In this document: piece after piece, positions 1-10,097 of the stretch
Numbering within the stretch: the first letter of the stretch is position 1
Layout of the letters: each line of letters opens with the position of its first letter
NCBI GenBank assembly: GCA_964016885.1
Contig: OZ024740.1
Location: 422,964,001-423,028,000, forward strand
Length of the DNA stretch: 64,000 nucleotides
Origin: Eledone cirrhosa
Taxonomy: Eukaryota
Reading direction: 5' to 3'
Position numbers and translations under genes: made by a program
Notes under the pieces: model-generated
The model's input: the letters and a program-made list of their open reading frames with translations, nothing else
Told to the model about the DNA's origin: nothing
Database searches by the model: none

Positions 1-32
1 GTCTGGGTGTAAGGAGAGCTAGACCTTAGGAC

Positions 33-3000
33 AGAGAGGAGGTGTTGATAGAGAAGGTCAGAAGTGTGGAGAGAGTGGTTGACAGGTCTGGATGTAAGGA
101 GAACTAGACCTTAGGACAGAGAGGAGGTATTGATAGAGAAGGTCAGATGTGTGGAGAGAGTGGTAGAGAGGTCTGGATGTAAGGAGAGCTGGACCTTAGG
201 ACGGAGAGGAGGTGTTGATAGAGAAGGTCAGAAGTGTGGAGAGAGTGGTAGAGAGGTCTGGATGTAAGGAGAGCTAGACCTTAGGACAGAGTGGAGGTGT
301 TGATGGAGAATGTAAGAAGTGTGGAGAGAGTGGTTGACAGGTCTGGATGTAAGGAGAGCTAGACCTTAGGACAGAGAGGAGGTGTTGATAGAGAAGGTAA
401 GAAGTGTGGAGAGAGTGGTTGACAGGTCTGGATGTAAGGAGAGCTAGACCTTAGGACAGAGAGGAGGTGTTGATAGAGAAGGTCAGAAGTGTGGAGAGAG
501 TGGTTGACAGGTCTGGATGTAAGGAGAGATAGACCTTAGGACAGAGAGGAGGTGTTGATAGAGGTCAGAAGTGTGGAGAGAGTGGTTGACAGGTCTGGAT
601 GTAAGGAGAGCTGGATCTTAGGACATAGAGGAGGTGTTGATAGAGAAGGTCAGAAGTGTGGAGAGAGTGGTTGACAGGTCTGGATGTAAGGAGAACTAGA
701 CCTTAGGACAGAGAAGAGGTGTTGATGGAGAAGGTCAGAAGTTGGGAGAGAGTGATTGACAGGTTTGGATGTAAGGACAGCTGGACCTTAGGACAGAGAG
801 GAGGTGTTGATAGAGAAGGTCAGAAGTGTGGAGAGAGTGGTTGACAGGTCTGGATGTAAGGAGAGCTAGACCTTAGGAAAGAGAGGAGGTGTTGATAGAG
901 AAGGTCAGAAGTGTGGAGAGAGTGGTTGACAGGTGTGGATGTAAGGAGAGCTAGACCTTAGGACTGAGAGTAGATGTTGATTGAGTAGGTCAGAAGTGTG
1001 GAGAGAGTGGTTGACAGGTCTGGATGTAAGGAGAGCTGGACCTTAGGACAGAGAATAGGTGTTGATAGAGAATGTCAGAAGTGTGGAGAGAGTGGTTGAC
1101 AGGTCTGGATGTAAGGAGAGCTAGACCTTAGGACTGAGAGGAGGTGTTGATGGAGAAGGTCAGAAGTGTGGGGAGAGTGGTTGACAGGTCTGGATGTAAG
1201 GAGAGCTAGACCTTATGACTGAGAGGAGATGTTGATAGAGAAGGTAAGAAGTGTGGAGAGAGTGGTTGACAGGTCTGGATGTAAGGAGAGCTAGACCTTA
1301 GGACAGAGAGGAGGTGTTGATGGAGAAGGTAAGAAGTGTGGAGAGAGTGGTTGACAGGTCTGGGTGTAAGGAGAGCTAGACCTTCGGAAAGAGAGGATGT
1401 GTTGATAGAGAAGGTCAGAAGTGTGGAGAGAGTGGTTGACAAGTCTGGATGTAAGGAGAGCTAGACCTTAGGACAGAGAGGAGGTGTTGATAGAGAAGGT
1501 CAGAAGTGTGGAGAGAGTGGTTGACAGGTCTGGGTGTAAGGAGAGCTAGACCTTAGGACAGAGAGGAGGTGTTGATAGAGAAGGTCAGAAGTGTGGCGAG
1601 AGTGGTTGACAGGTCTGGATGTAAAGAGAGCTAGACCTTAGGACAGAGAAGAGGTGTTGATAGAGAAGGTCAGAAGTGTGGAGAGAGTGGTACACAGGTC
1701 TGGATGTAAGGAGAGCTAGACCTTAGGACAGAGAGGATGTGTTGATAGTGAAGGTCAGAAGTGTGGAGAGAGTGGTTGACTGGTCTGGATGTAAGGAGAG
1801 CTGGATCTTAGGATAGAGAGGAGGTGTTTATTGAGAAGGTCGGATTTTTGGAGAGAGTGGTTGACAGGTCTGGATGTAAGGAGAGCTAGACCTTAGGACA
1901 GAGAAGAGGTGTTGATGGAGAAGGTCAGAAGTGTGGAGAGAGTGGTTGACAGGTCTGGATGTAAGGAGAGCTGGACCTTAGGACAGAGAGGAGGTGTTGA
2001 TAGAGAAGGTCAGAAGTGTGGAGAGAGTGGTAGAGAGGTCTCGATGTAAGGAGATCTAGACCTCAGGACAGAGAGGAGGTGTTGATAGAGAAGGTCAGAT
2101 GTGTGGAGAGAGTGGTTGACAGGTCTGGATGTAAGGAGAGCTAGACCTTAGGACAGAAGGGAGGTGTTGATAAAGAAGGTCAGAAGTGTGGAGAGAGTGG
2201 TTGACAGTTCTGGATGTAAGGAGAGCTGGACCTTAGGAGAGAGAGGAGGTGTTGATCGAGAAGGTAAGATGTGTGGAGAGAGTGGTTGACAGGTCTGGAT
2301 GTAAGGAGAGCTAGACCTTAGGACAGAGAAGAGGTGTTGATGGAGAAGGTCAGAAGTGTGGAGAGAGTGGTTGACAGGTCTGGATGTAAGGAGAGCTGGA
2401 CCTTAGGACATAGAGGAGGTGTTGATAGAGAAGGTCAGAAGTGTGGAGAGAGTGGTTGACAGGTCTGGTTGTAAGGACAGCTGGACCTTAGGAAAGAGAG
2501 GAGGTGTTGATAGAGAAGGTCAGAAGTGTGGAGAGAGTGGTTGACAGGTCTGGATGTAAGGACAGCTGGACCTTAGGACAGAGAGAAGGTGTTGATAGAG
2601 AAGGTCAGAAGTCTGGAGAGAGTGGTTGACAGGTCTGGATGTGAGGAGAGCTAGACCTTAGGAAAGAGAGGAGGTGTTGATAGAGAAGGTCAGAAGTGTG
2701 GAGAGAGTGGTTGACAGGTCTGGATGTAAGGAGAACTAGACCTTAGGACAGAGAGGAGGTATTGATAGAGAAGGTCAGATGTGTGGAGAGAGTGGTAGAG
2801 AGGTCTGGATGTAAGGAGAGCTGGACCTTAGGACGGAGAGGAGGTGTTGATAGAGAAGGTCAGAAGTGTGGAGAGAGTGGTAGAGAGGTCTGGATGTAAG
2901 GAGAGCTAGACCTTAGGACAGAGTGGAGGTGTTGATGGAGAATGTAAGAAGTGTGGAGAGAGTGGTTGACAGGTCTGGATGTAAGGAGAGCTAGACCTTA

Positions 3001-5366
3001 GGACAGAGAGGAGGTGTTGATAGAGAAGGTAAGAAGTGTGGAGAGAGTGGTTGACAGGTCTGGATGTAAGGAGAGCTAGACCTTAGGACAGAGAGGAGGT
3101 GTTGATAGAGAAGGTCAGAAGTGTGGAGAGAGTGGTTGACAGGTCTGGATGTAAGGAGAGATAGACCTTAGGACAGAGAGGAGGTGTTGATAGAGGTCAG
3201 AAGTGTGGAGAGAGTGGTTGACAGGTCTGGATGTAAGGAGAGCTGGATCTTAGGACATAGAGGAGGTGTTGATAGAGAAGGTCAGAAGTGTGGAGAGAGT
3301 GGTTGACAGGTCTGGATGTAAGGAGAACTAGACCTTAGGACAGAGAAGAGGTGTTGATGGAGAAGGTCAGAAGTTGGGAGAGAGTGATTGACAGGTTTGG
3401 ATGTAAGGACAGCTGGACCTTAGGACAGAGAGGAGGTGTTGATAGAGAAGGTCAGAAGTGTGGAGAGAGTGGTTGACAGGTCTGGATGTAAGGAGAGCTA
3501 GACCTTAGGAAAGAGAGGAGGTGTTGATAGAGAAGGTCAGAAGTGTGGAGAGAGTGGTTGACAGGTGTGGATGTAAGGAGAGCTAGACCTTAGGACTGAG
3601 AGTAGATGTTGATTGAGTAGGTCAGAAGTGTGGAGAGAGTGGTTGACAGGTCTGGATGTAAGGAGAGCTGGACCTTAGGACAGAGAATAGGTGTTGATAG
3701 AGAATGTCAGAAGTGTGGAGAGAGTGGTTGACAGGTCTGGATGTAAGGAGAGCTAGACCTTAGGACTGAGAGGAGGTGTTGATGGAGAAGGTCAGAAGTG
3801 TGGGGAGAGTGGTTGACAGGTCTGGATGTAAGGAGAGCTAGACCTTATGACTGAGAGGAGATGTTGATAGAGAAGGTAAGAAGTGTGGAGAGAGTGGTTG
3901 ACAGGTCTGGATGTAAGGAGAGCTAGACCTTAGGACAGAGAGGAGGTGTTGATGGAGAAGGTAAGAAGTGTGGAGAGAGTGGTTGACAGGTCTGGGTGTA
4001 AGGAGAGCTAGACCTTCGGAAAGAGAGGATGTGTTGATAGAGAAGGTCAGAAGTGTGGAGAGAGTGGTTGACAAGTCTGGATGTAAGGAGAGCTAGACCT
4101 TAGGACAGAGAGGAGGTGTTGATAGAGAAGGTCAGAAGTGTGGAGAGAGTGGTTGACAGGTCTGGGTGTAAGGAGAGCTAGACCTTAGGACAGAGAGGAG
4201 GTGTTGATAGAGAAGGTCAGAAGTGTGGCGAGAGTGGTTGACAGGTCTGGATGTAAAGAGAGCTAGACCTTAGGACAGAGAAGAGGTGTTGATAGAGAAG
4301 GTCAGAAGTGTGGAGAGAGTGGTACACAGGTCTGGATGTAAGGAGAGCTAGACCTTAGGACAGAGAGGATGTGTTGATAGTGAAGGTCAGAAGTGTGGAG
4401 AGAGTGGTTGACTGGTCTGGATGTAAGGAGAGCTGGATCTTAGGATAGAGAGGAGGTGTTTATTGAGAAGGTCGGATTTTTGGAGAGAGTGGTTGACAGG
4501 TCTGGATGTAAGGAGAGCTAGACCTTAGGACAGAGAAGAGGTGTTGATGGAGAAGGTCAGAAGTGTGGAGAGAGTGGTTGACAGGTCTGGATGTAAGGAG
4601 AGCTGGACCTTAGGACAGAGAGGAGGTGTTGATAGAGAAGGTCAGAAGTGTGGAGAGAGTGGTAGAGAGGTCTCGATGTAAGGAGATCTAGACCTCAGGA
4701 CAGAGAGGAGGTGTTGATAGAGAAGGTCAGATGTGTGGAGAGAGTGGTTGACAGGTCTGGATGTAAGGAGAGCTAGACCTTAGGACAGAAGGGAGGTGTT
4801 GATAAAGAAGGTCAGAAGTGTGGAGAGAGTGGTTGACAGTTCTGGATGTAAGGAGAGCTGGACCTTAGGAGAGAGAGGAGGTGTTGATCGAGAAGGTAAG
4901 ATGTGTGGAGAGAGTGGTTGACAGGTCTGGATGTAAGGAGAGCTAGACCTTAGGACAGAGAAGAGGTGTTGATGGAGAAGGTCAGAAGTGTGGAGAGAGT
5001 GGTTGACAGGTCTGGATGTAAGGAGAGCTGGACCTTAGGACATAGAGGAGGTGTTGATAGAGAAGGTCAGAAGTGTGGAGAGAGTGGTTGACAGGTCTGG
5101 TTGTAAGGACAGCTGGACCTTAGGAAAGAGAGGAGGTGTTGATAGAGAAGGTCAGAAGTGTGGAGAGAGTGGTTGACAGGTCTGGATGTAAGGACAGCTG
5201 GACCTTAGGACAGAGAGAAGGTGTTGATAGAGAAGGTCAGAAGTCTGGAGAGAGTGGTTGACAGGTCTGGATGTGAGGAGAGCTAGACCTTAGGAAAGAG
5301 AGGAGGTGTTGATAGAGAAGGTCAGAAGTGTGGAGAGAGTGGTTGACAGGTCTGGATGTAAGGAGA
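33..5366 (+). repeat. Higher-order tandem duplication, period 2632 bp (31 monomers minus 3 bp), 2 copies
   Basis: Identical spurious ORFs at 1206 and 3838. The marker CGGATTTTTGG lies at 1841 and 4473, GTATTGATA at about 127 and 2759, and a 3-bp deletion at about 561 and 3193. 31x85-3=2632. Confidence 0.95.
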
Positions 5367-7676
5367 GGTGGACCTTAGGACAGAGAGGAGGTGTTGATGG
5401 AGAAGGTAAGAAGTTTGGAGAGAGTGGTAGAGAGGTCTGGATGTAAGGAGAGCTGGACCTTAGGACAGAGAGGAGGTGTTGATGGAGAAGGTCAGAAGTG
5501 TGGAGAGAGTGGTTGACAGGTCTGGATGTAAGGAGAGCTGGACCTTAGGACATAGAGGAGGTGTTGATAGAGAAGGTCAGAAGTGTGGAGAGAGTGGTTG
5601 ACAGGTCTGGATGTAAGGAGAGCTGGACCTTAGGACAGAGAGGAGGTGTTTATAGAGAAGGTCAGATATGTGGAGAGAGTGGTTGACAGGTCTGGATGTA
5701 AGGAGAGCTGGACCTTAGGACAGAGAGATGTTGTTAGAGAAGGTCAGAAGTGTGGAGAGAGTGGTTGACAGGTCTGGATGTAAGGAGAGCTAGACCTTAG
5801 GACAGAGAGGAGGTGTTGATAGAGAAGGTCAAAAGTGTGGAGAGAGTGGATGACAGGTTTGGATGTAAGGAGAGCTAGACCTTAGGACAGAAGGGAGGTG
5901 TTGATAGAGGTCAGAAGTGTGGAGAGAGTGGTTGACAGGTCTGGATGTAAGGAGAGCTGGACCTTAGGACAGAGAGGAGGTGTTGATTGAGAAGGTCAAA
6001 AGTGTGGAGAGAGTGGTTGACAGGTCTGGATGTAAGGAGAGCTGGACCTTAGGACAGAGTGGAGGTGTTGATAGAGAAGGTCAGAAGTGTGGAGAGAGTG
6101 GTAGAGAGGTCTCGATGTAAGGAGATCTAGGACAGAGAGGAGGTGTTGATAGAGAAGGTCAGATGTGTGGAGAGAGTGGTTGACAGGTCTGGATGTAAGG
6201 AGAGCTGGACCTTAGGAGAGAGAGGAGGTGTTGATCGGGAAGGTAAGATGTGTGGAGAGAGTGGTTGACAGGTCTGGATGTAAGGAGAGCTAGACCTTAG
6301 GACAGAGAAGGGGTGTTGATGGAGAAGGTCAGAAGTGTGGAGAGAGTAGTTGACAGGTCTGTATGTAAGGAGAGCTGGACCTTAGGACATAGAGGAGGTG
6401 TTGATAGAGAAGGTCAGAATTGTGGAGAGAGTGGTTGACAGGTCTGGATGTAAGGACAGCTGGACCTTAGGACAGAGAGGAGGTGTTGATAGAGAAGGTC
6501 AGAAGTCTGGAGAGAATGGTTGACAGGTCTGGATGTAAGGAGAGCTGGACCTTAGGACAGGGAGGAGGTGTTGATAGTGAAGGTCAGAAGTGTGGAGAGA
6601 GTGGTTGACAGGTCTGGGTGTAAGGAGAGCTAGAGCTTAGGACAGAAGGGAGGTGTTGATAGAGGTCAGAAGTGTGGAGAGAGTGGTAGAGAGGTCTGGA
6701 TGTAAGAAGAGCTGGACCTTAGGACATAGAGGAGGTGTTGATAGAGAAGGTCAGAAGTGTGGAGAGAATGGTTGACAGGTCTGGATGTAAGGAGAGCTGG
6801 ACCTTAGGACAGGGAGGAGGTGTTGATAGTGAAGGTCAGAAGTGTGGAGAGAGTGGTTGACAGGTCTGGGTGTAAGGAGAGCTAGACCTTAGGACAGAGA
6901 GGAGGTGTTGATAGAGAAGGTCAGAAGTGTGGAGAGAGTGGTTGACAGGTCTGGATGTAAGGAGAGCTAGACCTTAGGACAGAGAAGAGGTGTTGATAGA
7001 GAAGGTCAGAAGTGTGGAGAGAGTGGTACACAGGTCTGGATGTAAGGAGAGCTAGACCTTAGGACAGAGAGGATGTGTTGATAGTGAAGGTCAGAAGTGT
7101 GGAGAGAGTGGTTGACTGGTCTGGATGTAAGGACAGCTGGACCTTAGGATAGAGAGGAGGTGTTTATTGAGAAGGTCTGATTTTTGGAGAGTGGTTGACA
7201 GGTTTGGATGTAAGGAGAGCTAGACCTTAGGACAGAGAAGAGGTGTTGATGGAGAAGGTCAGAAGTGTGGAGAGAGTGATTGACAGGTCTGGATGTAAGG
7301 AGAGCTGGACCTTAGGACATAGAGGAGGTGTTGATAGAGAAGGTCAGAATTGTGGAGAGAGTGGTTGACAGGTCTGGATGTAAGGACAGCTGGACCTTAG
7401 GACAGAGAGGAGGTGTTGATAGAGAAGGTCAGAAGTCTGGAGAGAGTGGTTGACAGGTCTGGATGTAAGGAGAGCTAGACCTTAGGAAAGAGAGGAGGTG
7501 TTGATAGAGAAGGTCAGAAGTGTGGAGAGAGTGGTTGACAGGTCTGGATGTAAGGACAGCTGGACCTTAGGATAGAGAGGAGGTGTTGATAGAGAAGGTC
7601 AGAAGTGTGGAGAGAGTGGTTGACAGGTCTGGATGTAAGGAGAGCTAGACCTTAGGAAAGAGAGGAGGTGTTGATA

Positions 7677-10097
7677 GAGAAGGTCAGAAGTGTGGAGAGA
7701 GTGGTTGACAGGTCTGGATGTAAGGAGAGGTGGACCTTAGGACAGAAAGGAGGTGTTGATGGAGAAGGTAAGAAGTTTGGAGAGAGTGGTAGAGAGGTCT
7801 GGATGTAAGGAGAGCTGGACCTTAGGACAGAGAAGAGGTGTTGATAGAGAAGGTCAGAAGTGTGGAGAGAGTGGTTGACAGGTCTGGATGTAAGGAGAGC
7901 TGGACCTTAGGACAGAGAGGAGGTGTTTATAGAGAAGGTCAGATATGTGGAGAGAGTGGTTGACAGGTCTGGATGTAAGGCGAGCTGGACCTTAGGACAG
8001 AGAGGAGATGTTGTTAGAGAAGGTCAGAAGTGTGGAGAGAGTGGTTGACAGGTCTGGATGTAAGGAGAGCTAGACCTTAGGACAGAGAGGAGTTGTTGAT
8101 AGAGAAGGTCAAAAGTGTGTAGAGAGTGGATGACAGGTCTGGATGTAAGGAGAGCTAGACCTTAGGACAGAAGGGAGGTGTTGATAGAGGTCAGAAGTGT
8201 GGAGAGAGTGGTTGACAGGTCTGGATGTAAGGAGAGCTGGACCTTAGGACAGAGAGGAGGTGTTGATTGAGAAGGTCAAAAGTGTGGAGAGAGTGGTTGA
8301 CAGGTCTGGATGTAAGGAGAGCTGGACCTTAGGACAGAGAGGGGGTGTTGATAGAGAAGGTCAGATGTGTGGAGAGAGTGGTTGACAGGTCTGGATGTAA
8401 GGAGAGCTGGACCTTAGGAGAGAGAGGAGGTGTTGATCGGGAAGGTAAGATGTGTGGAGAGAGTGGTTGACAGGTCTGGATGTAAGGAGAGCTAGACCTT
8501 AGGACAGAGAAGGGGTGTTGATGGAGAAGGTCAGAAGTGTGGAGAGAGTGGTTGACAGGTCTGGATGTAAGGAGAGCTGGACCTTAGGACATAGAGGAGG
8601 TGTTGATAGAGAAGGTCAGAATTGTGGAGAGAGTGGTTGACAGGTCTGGATGTAAGGACAGCTGGACCTTAGGACAGAGAGGAGGTGTTGATAGAGAAGG
8701 TCAGAAGTCTGGAGAGAATGGTTGACAGGTCTGGATGTGAGGAGAGCTAGAGCTTAGGACAGAAGGGAGGTGTTGATAGAGGTCAGAAGTGTGGAGAGAG
8801 TGGTAGAGAGGTCTGGATGTAAGGAGAGCTGGACCTTAGGACAGAGAGGAGGTGTTGATGGAGAAGGTCAGAAGTGTGGAGAGAGTGGTTGACAGGTCTG
8901 GATGTAAGGAGAGGTGGACCTTAGGACAGAAAGGAGGTGTTGATGGAGAAGGTAAGAAGTTTGGAGAGAGTGGTAGAGAGGTCTGGATGTGAGGAGAGCT
9001 GGACCTTAGGACAGAGAAGAGGTGTTGATAGAGAAGGTCAGAAGTGTGGAGAGAGTGGTTGACAGGTCTGGATGTAAGGAGAGCTGGACCTTAGGACAGA
9101 GAGGAGGTGTTTATAGAGAAGGTCAGATATGTGGAGAGAGTGGTTGACAGGTCTGGATGTAAGGCGAGCTGGACCTTAGGACAGAGAGGAGATGTTGTTA
9201 GAGAAGGTCAGAAGTGTGGAGAGAGTGGTTGACAGGTCTGGATGTAAGGAGAGCTAGACCTTAGGACAGAGAGGAGTTGTTGATAGAGAAGGTCAAAAGT
9301 GTGGAGAGAGTGGATGACAGGTCTGGATGTAAGGAGAGCTAGACCTTAGGACAGAAGGGAGGTGTTGATAGAGGTCAGAAGTGTGGAGAGAGTGGTTGAC
9401 AGGTCTGGATGTAAGGAGAGCTGGACCTTAGGACAGAGAGGAGGTGTTGATTGAGAAGGTCAAAAGTGTGGAGAGAGTGGTTGACAGGTCTGGATGTAAG
9501 GAGAGCTGGACCTTAGGACAGAGAGGGGGTGTTGATAGAGAAGGTCAGATGTGTGGAGAGAGTGGTTGACAGGTCTGGATGTAAGGAGAGCTGGACCTTA
9601 GGAGAGAGAGGAGGTGTTGATCGGGAAGGTAAGATGTGTGGAGAGAGTGGTTGACAGGTCTGGATGTAAGGAGAGCTAGACCTTAGGACAGAGAAGGGGT
9701 GTTGATGGAGAAGGTCAGAAGTGTGGAGAGAGTGGTTGACAGGTCTGGATGTAAGGAGAGCTGGACCTTAGGACATAGAGGAGGTGTTGATAGAGAAGGT
9801 CAGAATTGTGGAGAGAGTGGTTGACAGGTCTGGATGTAAGGACAGCTGGACCTTAGGACAGAGAGGAGGTGTTGATAGAGAAGGTCAGAAGTCTGGAGAG
9901 AATGGTTGACAGGTCTGGATGTGAGGAGAGCTAGAGCTTAGGACAGAAGGGAGGTGTTGATAGAGGTCAGAAGTGTGGAGAGAGTGGTAGAGAGGTCTGG
10001 ATGTAAGGAGAGCTGGACCTTAGGACAGAGAGGAGGTGTTGATGGAGAAGGTCAGAAGTGTGGAGAGAGTGGTTGACAGGTCTGGATGTAAGGAGAG
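7677..10097 (+). repeat. Higher-order duplication, period 1184 bp (14 monomers minus 6 bp), 2 copies
   Basis: The marker AGTTGTTGAT lies at 8091 and 9275, with the same order of variants (GAAAGG, TTTATAG, GGCGAG, GATCGGG, GAGCTT). Two differences were seen, near 8120 and 8991. Confidence 0.9.

Noticed and set aside
26-31. Telomere-like TTAGG
   Set aside because: There is one TTAGG per 85 bp, never in tandem, and TTAGGG occurs only in a rare variant. This is not a telomeric tract.
1-85. Satellite-encoded hammerhead ribozyme (as in newt satellite 2 or schistosome Sm-alpha)
   Set aside because: No CUGANGA plus GAAA core with flanking stems on either strand of the consensus.
36-110. Bacterial Shine-Dalgarno AGGAGGT and perfect -35 TTGACA in each monomer
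   Set aside because: There is no -10 box at about 17 bp (AGCTAG is found there), and the nearby GTG/TTG readings give only very short peptides. These are chance matches in a purine-rich repeat.
1206-4074. Two identical 78-aa minus-strand ORFs (1206-1442 and 3838-4074)
   Set aside because: They are low-complexity S/L/H/P translations of the satellite, opened by chance variants and duplicated with the 31-mer. Because 85 is not a multiple of 3, frames hit stops within about three monomers.
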